Below, one piece after another: positions 1 to 9,448 of a stretch of DNA of 64,000 nt. The translations under genes were made by a program, and so were the position numbers. Every line of letters begins with the position of its first letter. The stretch's first letter is position 1. The notes beneath the pieces were generated by a model that searched no databases, was not told the origin of the DNA, and saw only the letters and a list, made by a program, of their open reading frames with translations. The DNA lies in the NCBI GenBank assembly GCA_039810485.1, contig JBDHXA010000004.1, forward strand, positions 11,198 to 75,197. The letters are read 5' to 3'. The DNA comes from Chlorobiota bacterium (lineage in GTDB: Bacteria; Bacteroidota; Ignavibacteria; Kapaibacteriales; UBA961).

Positions 1-29
1 AGTGCGCTACCGGGCTGCGCTACACGCCG
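1..29 (-). tRNA. tRNA 5' part, probably tRNA-Pro (truncated by window edge)
   Basis: Reverse complement reads CGGCGTGTAGCGCAGCCCGGTAGCGCACT, an acceptor stem plus D-arm typical of bacterial tRNA-Pro. The anticodon lies outside the window. Confidence 0.8.
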
Positions 30-41
30 TTTACGAAAACA

Positions 42-49
42 CAAAATTA
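42..49 (-). promoter_or_regulatory. Bacteroidota-type -7 promoter element (TAATTTTG) for the tRNA
   Basis: Minus strand TAATTTTG matches TAnnTTTG, 12 nt upstream of the tRNA 5' end. The same motif precedes tRNA-Ala and queE. Confidence 0.55.
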
Positions 50-350
50 CGGCTTTTTTGTTGATATTTTACAGAATTTCTTGCAACATTAAAGGAAGCA
101 TCCATGAGCCCACTCCGAAAAGTCAGTTACAAAATCACAGATTTTCGTGTGTAAAATTGCACTCTTGTAATAGTTTTCAAAAAAACTTAAAAAAAACGGT
201 AAAATATGCTGATACACGAATATTATACAAGGAGCAGGGCATCGTTTAAAAAAAAGAATAATGTGAGTAAATAAATGCAACTTTGATAATTTATGAAAAA
301 ATGTCTAAATGTATTTTTTATACTTAACGGCAGCATTATAATTTGCCTAG

Positions 351-380
351 TAAAAAGCCGTTCGATCGAACGGCTTTTTA
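351..380. terminator. Perfect 30-bp palindrome, probable bidirectional intrinsic terminator at the end of the cassette array
   Basis: TAAAAAGCCGTTCGATCGAACGGCTTTTTA, with a T-run after the stem on both strands. Confidence 0.7.
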
Positions 381-409
381 ATGATATTTTACTCAAACAA
401 CTATAGTTT

Positions 410-501
410 CTACGGCTGCACAACCGCCTTAGCTACACTGCGTTTGCCGCCAGATGCCGCTTCGACAAAATACACGCCTGCCGGCCAGCAGACTGTGGAA
501 A
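410..501 (-). repeat. T9SS CTD-tail repeat copy 1 (orphan gene-end remnant)
   Basis: Encodes STVCWPAGVYFVEAASGGKRSVAKAVVQP*. Near-identical DNA at 4931-5021, 9816-9895 and 14111-14182. Confidence 0.9.
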
Positions 502-519
502 AAATATCATCGTCGTCCC

Positions 520-550
520 TCGCGGCGGGCGCAACATACGCCCGCCGCGA
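520..550. other. GC-rich 12-bp hairpin just downstream of the lipoprotein stop
   Basis: TCGCGGCGGGCG-caacata-CGCCCGCCGCGA, with no adjacent U-tract. Confidence 0.6.
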
Positions 551-558
551 TACAAAGG

Positions 559-1563
559 TTATAACCAATGGATAGGAATGGAGGTTACCTCACCGTAAAT
601 TAACTTCGAGTTATACTGATACGTTGGAGGTTCTGGGCTGATAGGATTGAGAATATAGCGATAATAGATGCTCCAGATAGGTACTATGTGGATAAATAGG
701 TTCTTACCACTCTGTTTAACAATACTATTGATGTTGTGAATTGAAAACTCGTTGTAGTTTTTTGCCGCTGTCGAAACAACGTAATATTTCCTTGTGCCTT
801 GATCAGTGCCGTATCCTTTCGGGTTCCCCCAAAAACCAATCTTCTCCCATTCGTTATCGCTAATAATCGGCTCAACTGCTTTAGGTAGATTGTTTTGGTC
901 GAATGTGGCGTGTTGTGTAATACAAGCGTAGTAGCCCACATTCAGAAAATTCTTTGTATAACTAAACGGATGATCAACAGCAAATTCTATTTCCGCACCG
1001 AAGGTATAGACAGTATCTGCGCGGATTTCTTTTATTGTGTTGTGATCCCAAACAGTATCAACCATGATTTTCTCAATGCCCGACGCTTGAGCATTCTTAA
1101 CATAACATCGTGCTGGGGCTTCGTACAAATATATGAAATTATAGATTCCATCTTTCGCATATCCGGTTGTATCAGCTATGATAATGGATAAACGAGACGT
1201 ATCAAGACCGTTATTGTGTTGATTGTCAAGAATTACAGTTTCATAGCCGGTGCGAGTGACTTTAACGGTGAACACCCCTGAATCAACCGCTGTGATTGCG
1301 AAGTTTCCATCCTTGTCGGTCATCGCCGATAAACTCGTACCCACTATTTCTACATTAGTTCCGGACATATCACTCCAAACAATGGGAGGAATTTGTTTTT
1401 GCTTTTGCTCAAAATTGGCAATAAGCCGTACATTTCCAACATAAACACCCGTGCCGTTTGTTTGCGGATTGTTGGGTTTTGTGGGTATTGTTTCTTCTGT
1501 TTTACAAGAGTAAATGAAGAAACAGAGAGATGCAAACGCAAGTGTGGACGCTAAATGTTTCAT
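559..1563 (-). CDS. Lipoprotein with carboxypeptidase-regulatory-like (CarboxypepD_reg) domain; partner of fibre A
   Basis: Lipobox-like FFIYS-C; motif TDKDGNFAITAVDSGVFTVKVTRTGYET; AAGGA SD upstream; paralog of 9904-10875. Confidence 0.8.
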   Translation of the reverse strand: MKHLASTLAFASLCFFIYSCKTEETIPTKPNNPQTNGTGVYVGNVRLIANFEQKQKQIPPIVWSDMSGTNVEIVGTSLSAMTDKDGNFAITAVDSGVFTVKVTRTGYETVILDNQHNNGLDTSRLSIIIADTTGYAKDGIYNFIYLYEAPARCYVKNAQASGIEKIMVDTVWDHNTIKEIRADTVYTFGAEIEFAVDHPFSYTKNFLNVGYYACITQHATFDQNNLPKAVEPIISDNEWEKIGFWGNPKGYGTDQGTRKYYVVSTAAKNYNEFSIHNINSIVKQSGKNLFIHIVPIWSIYYRYILNPISPEPPTYQYNSKLIYGEVTSIPIHWL

Positions 1564-1580
1564 GGTTGTTTTCCTTTGGA

Positions 1581-4500
1581 TTAGTGGATGACAATGAATT
1601 TTTTGGAGGCAACGATTTTTCCGCTTGTAAATATTGAATAGACGTACACTCCTGTTTCAAAATCCTTTGCTGAAATAGAAATTTGTACGGGGCTACCTTT
1701 TATTAGCGAAATTCGTTGGAGTACGATGTTCTGTGATAAGGAAGAAATGAGTAACTCAGGCGAAGAACCAGCTACTTTTTCGGGGATATAATAGGTAATT
1801 GCAGTAACATCTGAGAATGGATTGGGGTTGTTTTGCTCAAGCAAAATATCTTGTTCACCATCGAGCGGGATTTGCTTTTCTGCTTCAAGCCGGGTTATTT
1901 TATCATGAAAGTTTGTTACAATAAGCGATAATGAATCATTTTGAGATTTTAGTTCATTAACGTGCCTATTCAATAAAGAGTCGCCATGTTTTTGCAAGTT
2001 GTCAAGTTCTTTTATAGAATTCACAAGGAGGTAAAACAAGCCGTTAGGATTAAAAGTCATTAAGGATTCCTTTTCGCACACAAATTCTGCTGGTTCGATC
2101 AACCATTTTTTTGCAGGTCGAAAGATTGAGCTGTCCTTTAAGATATAATGCCCATTCTCGTCCTTTTGAGTCGGGTCAGCTACCTTCATTACAATCGTGT
2201 CAACAGCATCAGTTTCATATCTCTTTTCTTCTTTAAGTAGAACTGTGCGCACTATTGTGTCTTCGCTAACCATATACGGTAAAATTTCTTGGATATTCTG
2301 GGCAATTATTCCGATTTCTATATTGTTAGTTGCTCCAATGCCCATTTTCCCATTGTAGCGAAACGTGACTGGCTTAATTCTCCGAATTTTCTCCAAACCA
2401 TCATTAAATGGTTCTACGTCTTTTTTGTAGCGTACATCCGAAGCAACACGCCATGTAGCTCCGCCCTGACTTTTTATTGCGTCGCCATAAACATTGAGGA
2501 GAATATTCGTGTTCATGTAGCCGTAATTCGGGTGAGTGCTATTATTGGGGGTTTCCGGTGTCACTGTACCAGTACCGCCAATGACTACTTTTTCTTGAAC
2601 TGATAGGTCTACATCATTTTCTGCTATTCCTTGTGGCGTATTCCATATAACCACCGTATTAGGATTATTGGAATTATTCACATCCGCCATAGTAACACTT
2701 AGCGCTTCTTGTGGCGAGGCGGTGCCGATGCCAACCCTGTTCTGCACCGCTAGATCGCATTCAACAATAGGGACAGCCTGTACTGCCTGTGTGATCCAAC
2801 TGCTGCCGATAATCGCGCCTTTGTAAGTAGTATTTAGTGCGAAAGTACCCTGTGGAGTGTTTGTTCCTATGCCTATTCGGCCAAAGTTCTCGTCGGCACT
2901 ACTACATCCGACAAACAGCGTGGGTATGGTCTTATCTGGTGTTCCGCCTGTATCATAGCCGATTGCGAGTGAAAGAGGTAAATCGTTGTGTATATTTGTT
3001 CCTATAGCTCCGGCAAAATACCCGCCATCTATAACTTTGACGCCGTAGCCGATACATAACGAACCGTTTGTTTCTGCCCAATTGTATAGCCCGAGCGCAG
3101 TAGCATTATCGTTGCTTGCCGTGTTATATCTGCCAATTACGCCTGAAAAATTTCCGCTTACGGTATTTTGTCCGCCAATAGCGAATGAATGTGAACCAGA
3201 TACGGTATTGCCGTTGCCGATTGCAGCCGAGTTGGAATTTGATGCCTCATTGTGCGCTCCCATTGCTAGTGAATTTTCTGCCAATGCACGGCATTTGAAC
3301 CCATAAGCGTGTGCGGAATATCCGTCGGCTCGATTAGTATAACCGATGGCGACTGCATCTTCGCCTATGGCGCGATTCGCGTGCCCAATAGTTACCGCCC
3401 CATGCGTTGCCGAATGTGAAAGATTGTTCATGCCGATAGCGATATCATGCTCATTACGTGCGCGGGAGTTATAACCAAAAGCAAATGAATTATATCCGAT
3501 GTGCCCGTGATTCCAGCCGGTTGTTTTATCGAAACTCGGCTCGGGGTCGTTTGCGCCGTCTCCGCCGCCACCGGGATAGGTTGCAGCGATTACCCCCGCC
3601 CGAAACGCCGCCTTTTCGGGTATCCACATCAAGCGTGTTCCTGCGCCGCTTGTCGGGGTTGCACCCGTCGTGCCATCGAAAAGAACTGACCCGTCCGTTA
3701 CTTGAAAACGCGCCGTAGGACCCTCGTTATTCACGCCCACATTGCCGTTGCCCAAAAACGACATACGCGAAATGGGTACTTCTAAACCAGCAGGACTTTC
3801 ATACACAGTCGAACTTAGCTGACTCACACCGCTGCGAATATGGAACGAACCCGGATAGCCGTTCCATGCCTCAAGCCACCATGCACGGGCGGGAATTTGC
3901 TCGCAGGTAAGCGGCACCGGCGGATCGCCGAATTGGTATGTGCCTGTGGCGGCATAAAACCGAATAGAAGGATTTGCGGTATAGCCCGTTGTACCCGGCG
4001 GCGCGTTGTTGCTGAACGAGATTTTGGGGTACTCGCAGTTCCACGAGTCGAAGTTAATATCGAACTTTCCATACGGCGAGTGCGTCCCGACGCCTACTTG
4101 ACCGCTTGGCAAAATAGTAAAGCGTTCAATGTCCTGAAGGTCGCCGGGCTGCAAACTTAAGGGATTAGCGGGCGGCGGTGTAGTGGCAAAGCGGATATAG
4201 CCAGTAGTACAACGATTGGCAACAATAATGTCACCCGCCTTGATGTCGGTTTGCAGCACAAGGTCTTTGACGGTGGTTTGGTACGAGCCGAAGAAATCGC
4301 GGCAATAGGAGTACATCGTGCGGTTGTAGCTTGAAGTAATGAGCGAAAGGTGCGCCATAAATTCAGGCGCGAAGGCATCATCGGCAGATGAATGCCAACT
4401 TAGCCGCAGCGTAGGGTCGGAAACATTGCCGATTGAGCCAACGCCATGGATGTTGAGCAATCGCCCTGGATTAGAAGCTGCGCCTATGCCAACATTGCCG

Positions 4501-4694
4501 ACTGCAGGCCATGGGTTTGAATTATTCTGTGCGCAAATCTCTGCAAACGGCGTTGCAAGCATCATAGCAACAACGATCATAACTGCCTTGCAGAAATACT
4601 TGTTACAACGAACAACTTGTCGAGAGAGAGAGAGAGAGAGTTTGCTTCCGGCTTCTCTCCCGTAGGGAGAGGTTCGGGATTGTCTGCGCCGCAT
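1581..4694 (-). CDS. Tail-fibre/adhesin-like protein A with peptidase S74 intramolecular chaperone and T9SS CTD (start uncertain: 4694, 4580, or 4731 after slippage)
   Basis: Signal peptide ending AEICA-Q; GNVGIG/GRIGIGTNTP repeats; YadA-like AIAIG/SFAIG repeats; SDVRYKKD...IGIIAQ...SIKEL S74 motif; coiled coil; LEQNNPNPF...GVYVYSI...KKFIVIH CTD. Confidence 0.85.
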   Translation of the reverse strand: MRRRQSRTSPYGREAGSKLSLSLSRQVVRCNKYFCKAVMIVVAMMLATPFAEICAQNNSNPWPAVGNVGIGAASNPGRLLNIHGVGSIGNVSDPTLRLSWHSSADDAFAPEFMAHLSLITSSYNRTMYSYCRDFFGSYQTTVKDLVLQTDIKAGDIIVANRCTTGYIRFATTPPPANPLSLQPGDLQDIERFTILPSGQVGVGTHSPYGKFDINFDSWNCEYPKISFSNNAPPGTTGYTANPSIRFYAATGTYQFGDPPVPLTCEQIPARAWWLEAWNGYPGSFHIRSGVSQLSSTVYESPAGLEVPISRMSFLGNGNVGVNNEGPTARFQVTDGSVLFDGTTGATPTSGAGTRLMWIPEKAAFRAGVIAATYPGGGGDGANDPEPSFDKTTGWNHGHIGYNSFAFGYNSRARNEHDIAIGMNNLSHSATHGAVTIGHANRAIGEDAVAIGYTNRADGYSAHAYGFKCRALAENSLAMGAHNEASNSNSAAIGNGNTVSGSHSFAIGGQNTVSGNFSGVIGRYNTASNDNATALGLYNWAETNGSLCIGYGVKVIDGGYFAGAIGTNIHNDLPLSLAIGYDTGGTPDKTIPTLFVGCSSADENFGRIGIGTNTPQGTFALNTTYKGAIIGSSWITQAVQAVPIVECDLAVQNRVGIGTASPQEALSVTMADVNNSNNPNTVVIWNTPQGIAENDVDLSVQEKVVIGGTGTVTPETPNNSTHPNYGYMNTNILLNVYGDAIKSQGGATWRVASDVRYKKDVEPFNDGLEKIRRIKPVTFRYNGKMGIGATNNIEIGIIAQNIQEILPYMVSEDTIVRTVLLKEEKRYETDAVDTIVMKVADPTQKDENGHYILKDSSIFRPAKKWLIEPAEFVCEKESLMTFNPNGLFYLLVNSIKELDNLQKHGDSLLNRHVNELKSQNDSLSLIVTNFHDKITRLEAEKQIPLDGEQDILLEQNNPNPFSDVTAITYYIPEKVAGSSPELLISSLSQNIVLQRISLIKGSPVQISISAKDFETGVYVYSIFTSGKIVASKKFIVIH

Positions 4695-5010
4695 GGCTGT
4701 GAATGCGGCAGTTTAGAGTGCGTGTACGCATAGTGTGCCTCCGAAATAGGATGAAAAAAAATAAATGTATAATACGGCTTTTGTTTCGGCACTGTTAAGT
4801 TTTGTTCTGCGGCTAATTTATAGAGAAATTCTAAATTTACCAAATTCTGTCTTGATTTTTTTTCATCATTATAGTAGCACTAATTATTGGAAAACGTATC
4901 ACAGTTCTTACGATTTTTCTGGGCAATATGCTACCGAAGTACAACCGCCTTAGCTACACTGCGTTTGCCGCCAGATGCCGCTTCGACAAAATACACGCCT
5001 GCCGGCCAGC
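3604..5010. repeat. About 1.4 kb direct repeat shared with 8472-9895 (leader plus 5' third of fibre gene)
   Basis: Near-identical DNA at an offset of 4868 in the coding part. The shadow ORFs 3824-4072/8692-8940 and 3840-4160/8708-9028 have identical translations. Confidence 0.95.
4622..4640 (-). repeat. (CT)9C microsatellite in the leader of fibre A
   Basis: G(AG)9 on the + strand, between the SD-led ATG at 4731 and the signal-peptide codons. Confidence 0.95.
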
Positions 5011-6514
5011 AGACTGTGGAAATTTCGCTGCCAGTGCCTGAATAGAGCAATCTGCCGAATACGTCGCGCACAGTAACAACGGCATTGACAGCGCAATGAA
5101 CTGTAAAAGATTCCGAGGTGGGATTTGGAAAGAGAGACAGTTCGGAATAAGTGGCAGGTATTTCGGCTGAAAGGGTTATCGGAATGCCTTTCAGACCGGT
5201 AGGATTAAAGATGACGCCTGCATGAGATCCGTGCTGACCGAAGGCAATCCAGATATTGTCGTTGCAATCTGCCACAAGACCCGTAATGATATCATCAAGC
5301 GGAGCGTTTGAAGTATTGTACTCCGTCCATTGTGTGCCGTCGTACTGAAAAAGCTTGCCTACAGAGCCGACCCAGATATTGTTTTTGCTGTCGACTTCCA
5401 CTGCCGAAACGACGGAGAGAGAAGGAAAATCAACCGAAGTCCACACCGAGCCATCAAATACCGAAGCGTGAACGGGTTTTGAGCCGTGTATGCACCATAC
5501 TTTGCCTTGACGATCGCAGAATATTCCCCAAAACCAGTCATTGCCAAAGGATGATTTCGGAAAAATTTCCGATGTAGCACCATTAAGACGCAAAACGCAT
5601 CTGTAATTATTTGTTGCTATTAGCGTCCAGATAGAGCCGGCGGAGTCAATGCAGATTTTCGGCATTTCATCTAATCTTTCTTCTTCGCTGTTTTTAGCCG
5701 AATACATCTTCTGCCATTGTCCTCCAGAAAAACGATATATTGCGACATTATTGCTGTCGTCTACTGCTTTAAGAGCAGGCAAAAGTCCGTTGCTGTCAAG
5801 AGCAAAATCAATCTGATTACCGTGGAGATTAAGACCAGTTTGAGATGACCAAACAGTTGTCAAATTATTTTTGAAGCGATATATGCTGCCGTTGCTGCTC
5901 GCCCACAATGTTCCTTCCTTGCCGAGTTTGTATCGTGCAAAACCGTGATCATCATAAAAGCCGGGCGCATATAATGTTTGCGAGTTCCATTCGCCTTTTT
6001 CAAAGGTGTTGAGCCGGAGTTTACCCCCATTAAGCTGCTCAATACCAATAACGGCGCCACTATTTCCGCGAATTATTCTATTGCCCCATCGGTCTGCGTC
6101 GGAGTTAACAACCTTCCACTTCCAAACAGGATTGTTAGAGATATGGAGAATGCATTGAGCCGTGCTTATGAGTTGGCCGTTTGTGCCGGTAACGATAATA
6201 ATGTATGTGCCGGTATCGGTCGTGGATTGAGGATATTTTGTAAATGTTATTGGAGTATATGGTTGGTTAATTGCGCCGAAGTCAGCATTCAGCGATGTGC
6301 TTCCGTTGGGGTACGTCGTTTGTTTTGTAAGAAACACCGTTGCATCAAAACCGCCGGAGGTTTGTACCGATACGGTAAATGTTGCGCTGTCTCCGACTGC
6401 AATTGTTTCTTCATTCGGAGTAATTGAGAGAGTAAATGATTGCGCAGAACTGCCTGAAATTGAGGCAAATGCAACCGAGATGGCGGCAGCGAGGAATACA
6501 AGTGTTGTTTTCAT
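4931..6514 (-). CDS. Secreted beta-propeller protein (two-component-regulator-propeller-like repeats) with N-terminal Ig-like domain and T9SS CTD; partner of fibre B
   Basis: Signal peptide SSA-Q; repeats such as IDSAGSIW, VDSKNNIWVG, FDGSVW and YDGTQW; C-terminal LFPNPT...PAGVYFVEAASGGKRSVAKAVVLR; GGAG SD. Confidence 0.8.
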   Translation of the reverse strand: MKTTLVFLAAAISVAFASISGSSAQSFTLSITPNEETIAVGDSATFTVSVQTSGGFDATVFLTKQTTYPNGSTSLNADFGAINQPYTPITFTKYPQSTTDTGTYIIIVTGTNGQLISTAQCILHISNNPVWKWKVVNSDADRWGNRIIRGNSGAVIGIEQLNGGKLRLNTFEKGEWNSQTLYAPGFYDDHGFARYKLGKEGTLWASSNGSIYRFKNNLTTVWSSQTGLNLHGNQIDFALDSNGLLPALKAVDDSNNVAIYRFSGGQWQKMYSAKNSEEERLDEMPKICIDSAGSIWTLIATNNYRCVLRLNGATSEIFPKSSFGNDWFWGIFCDRQGKVWCIHGSKPVHASVFDGSVWTSVDFPSLSVVSAVEVDSKNNIWVGSVGKLFQYDGTQWTEYNTSNAPLDDIITGLVADCNDNIWIAFGQHGSHAGVIFNPTGLKGIPITLSAEIPATYSELSLFPNPTSESFTVHCAVNAVVTVRDVFGRLLYSGTGSEISTVCWPAGVYFVEAASGGKRSVAKAVVLR

Positions 6515-6532
6515 GATTGTGTTCTCCCTGTG

Positions 6533-9448
6533 TTATTTGATGACAATGAATTTTTTGGAGGCGAAAACTTTGCTGTTGATGCTAATCGAATAGACGAATA
6601 CGCCTGTATAGAGATTAGCTGACGAAATAGTTATTTGAGTGGGAATACCCTTTGTCAGAATATAGTGTTGCAGCACAGGAGATTGAGTGGTAGGGGCAAT
6701 GAGCAATTCTGCATCGCCCTGCACACTGTCGGGAATGTAGTAAGTAATAGTTGTTGATTCAGCGAAAGGATTCGGATTATTTTGCTCCAAAATTATATCG
6801 GCGGCATCGCTGACGGCAATTTGATTCTGTGCTTCAAGTCGGGCAAGCCGCTCTTCATGGTTTTTCAGGATTACGCGCAGAGAGTCATTACTTGATGACA
6901 ATGCCTCATGCTTTGCGGTATGAGTATCATATTTTTCTTGTAATGTGCTGATTTCAATTTGTTGTAGCGAGTCGGTTGCTGCAAGTGTAGCGACTTTCGT
7001 TGCCAGTAAGGCAACTTTTTCTTGCAATGCGAAGGTCTCTGCAATCCGCGTCGAATCCAACTCCTTGATGGAGTTAATGATGGTGTATGTTAAGGCACTA
7101 GGATTATAGATGAGTATCGGTGATGACTCTGTGGCAAATTCAGCAGGTTCGATCACCCACTTTTTTATGGGCCGAAAAGTTACTGTGTCTCTGTATATGT
7201 AATGCCCATGCTCGTCCTTTACAGTAGTATCTGCAATTTGCCTCACGGTCTTCTCGACAGTATCAATTTGGTAGCGCCGTTCCATTTTGGTACGAACAAC
7301 ATGAAGTAGTGTATCCGCCCGCACTGTATATGGGAAAATTTCTTGCATATCTTGTGCAATAACCCCAATGCTCTCCTTATCATCATTGAATCCGAGTCTT
7401 TCATTGTATCTGAAACGAACGGGGTTTATTCGTTTGAGTAAATCCAAGCCATCCCGATATGGATGAATATCTTTTTTGTAGCGTGCATCAGAAGGAATAT
7501 CCCATGTTGCTGTTCCTGAGTTGCCGAGTTTCACTGCATCTCCCCAAACCTGAAGTAAACTAGTTTGTCCGGATCGTGCGCCATTGATATAACTTGGCGC
7601 GAGCGGAGTACCTGTTCCGCCAATAACAACCGACTGTTCGATAATTACTCCTATCGGATTTCCCGTACCTCCAACAGCAGGAACCGCATTACTCCCTCCC
7701 CAACCAAAGCAAACTGTGCCATCGACGCCAAGGCTACAAGCGGGGGATGCTGTGCCAATTCCAACCTTTTTTTCTACTATGAGATTAGTATTAGCATCAC
7801 CGGGTGTTTGCGAGCCACTCCAACCAACTGCAATTGAGCCGTTTACTCCGAGAGTAGAAAGCGGATTAGTTGTACCTATTCCTACATTGCCAAATGAGCC
7901 ACTACTTCCATCTCCGCCGCTGATAAATAGAGTGGGTGTATCGCTGTTGAATCCGACCATTAGTGAATTCGAGATGCTATTGGTCAATCGTTTGCTAAAA
8001 GGATCAATAGAGGTTACCCCTATTCCAGTGCCTATAATCATTGCGCCGGGCTTAGTAGCATTTAAGAAAGCACCAATACCAACACTATGGTACTTATCAA
8101 AAAATCTCGTTCTTGTGGTATCCCCAGTGCGCACATATTCACCTATTGAATAGGACATAGAATTAAACACTTCTGATTGGTGTCCGAATGCTGCACTAGA
8201 CAACCCGCGAACATGGTTTCTCCAGCCGGTTACAAAAGCATCATTACCTGAAACAGTGTCTTCATGCCCGAATGCAAATGAGCAATGGCCAGCCCCTTGG
8301 TCATATCCATCACCGTTAATATATGAATAATGTCCAAAAGCTCCTGATGCCCCACCACGTGCGTAGGTGTTAAGCCCTATTGCAACAGAGTAAAGTCCAA
8401 TATTGGAATTATCCCAATAACCGGAAGCATCTGGAAGTGATATAGTATCGTCGTTCAATTTCCCTGCCCTGAACGCCGCCCTTTCCGGTATCCACATCAA
8501 GCGTGTTCCTGCGCCGCTTGTCGGGGTTGCGCCAACTGTGCCATCGAAAAGAACTGACCCGTCCGTTACTTGAAAACGCGCCGTAGGACTCTCGTTATTC
8601 ACGCCCACATTGCCGTTTCCCAAAAACGACATACGCGAAATGGGTACTTCTAAACCAGCAGGACTTTCATACACAGTCGAACTTAGCTGACTCACACCGC
8701 TGCGAATATGGAACGAACCCGGATAGCCGTTCCATGCCTCAAGCCACCATGCACGGGCGGGAATTTGCTCGCAGGTAAGCGGCACCGGCGGATCGCCGAA
8801 TTGGTATGTGCCTGTGGCGGCATAAAACCGAATAGAAGGATTTGCGGTATAGCCCGTTGTACCCGGCGGCGCGTTGTTGCTGAACGAGATTTTGGGGTAC
8901 TCGCAGTTCCACGAGTCGAAGTTAATATCGAACTTTCCATACGGCGAGTGCGTCCCGACGCCTACTTGACCGCTTGGCAAAATAGTAAAGCGTTCAATGT
9001 CCTGAAGGTCGCCGGGCTGCAAACTTAAGGGATTAGCGGGCGGCGGTGTAGTGGCAAAGCGGATATAGCCAGTAGTACAACGATTGGCAACAATAATGTC
9101 ACCCGCCTTGATGTCGGTTTGCAGCACAAGGTCTTTGACGGTGGTTTGGTACGAGCCGAAGAAATCGCGGCAATAGGAGTACATCGTGCGGTTGTAGCTT
9201 GAAGTAATGAGCGAAAGGTGCGCCATAAATTCAGGCGCGAAGGCATCATCGGCAGATGAATGCCAACTTAGCCGCAGCGTAGGGTCGGAAACATTGCCGA
9301 TTGAGCCAACGCCATGGATGTTGAGCAATCGCCCTGGATTAGAAGCTGCGCCTATGCCAACATTGCCGACTACAGGCCATGGGTTTGAATTATTCTGTGC
9401 ACAAATCTCTGCAAACGGCGTTGCAAACATCATAGCAACAACAATCAT
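6533..9448 (-). CDS. Tail-fibre/adhesin-like protein B with S74 chaperone and T9SS CTD
   Basis: First ~330 aa nearly identical to fibre A; SDARYKKD S74 motif; long coiled coil; LEQNNPNPF...KKFIVIK CTD. Confidence 0.85.
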   Translation of the reverse strand: MIVVAMMFATPFAEICAQNNSNPWPVVGNVGIGAASNPGRLLNIHGVGSIGNVSDPTLRLSWHSSADDAFAPEFMAHLSLITSSYNRTMYSYCRDFFGSYQTTVKDLVLQTDIKAGDIIVANRCTTGYIRFATTPPPANPLSLQPGDLQDIERFTILPSGQVGVGTHSPYGKFDINFDSWNCEYPKISFSNNAPPGTTGYTANPSIRFYAATGTYQFGDPPVPLTCEQIPARAWWLEAWNGYPGSFHIRSGVSQLSSTVYESPAGLEVPISRMSFLGNGNVGVNNESPTARFQVTDGSVLFDGTVGATPTSGAGTRLMWIPERAAFRAGKLNDDTISLPDASGYWDNSNIGLYSVAIGLNTYARGGASGAFGHYSYINGDGYDQGAGHCSFAFGHEDTVSGNDAFVTGWRNHVRGLSSAAFGHQSEVFNSMSYSIGEYVRTGDTTRTRFFDKYHSVGIGAFLNATKPGAMIIGTGIGVTSIDPFSKRLTNSISNSLMVGFNSDTPTLFISGGDGSSGSFGNVGIGTTNPLSTLGVNGSIAVGWSGSQTPGDANTNLIVEKKVGIGTASPACSLGVDGTVCFGWGGSNAVPAVGGTGNPIGVIIEQSVVIGGTGTPLAPSYINGARSGQTSLLQVWGDAVKLGNSGTATWDIPSDARYKKDIHPYRDGLDLLKRINPVRFRYNERLGFNDDKESIGVIAQDMQEIFPYTVRADTLLHVVRTKMERRYQIDTVEKTVRQIADTTVKDEHGHYIYRDTVTFRPIKKWVIEPAEFATESSPILIYNPSALTYTIINSIKELDSTRIAETFALQEKVALLATKVATLAATDSLQQIEISTLQEKYDTHTAKHEALSSSNDSLRVILKNHEERLARLEAQNQIAVSDAADIILEQNNPNPFAESTTITYYIPDSVQGDAELLIAPTTQSPVLQHYILTKGIPTQITISSANLYTGVFVYSISINSKVFASKKFIVIK

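Noticed and set aside
1-420. tRNA-Pro as the integration site of the array
   Set aside because: The array lies upstream of the tRNA 5' end, not at its 3' end. No duplicated tRNA fragment or integrase is seen near 14.4 kb.
3824-4665. Duplicated small ORFs (3824-4072, 3840-4160, 4157-4381, 4339-4665 and their copies near 8.7-9.5 kb)
   Set aside because: They are alternative-frame or antisense shadows of the fibre genes, duplicated only because the DNA is repeated.
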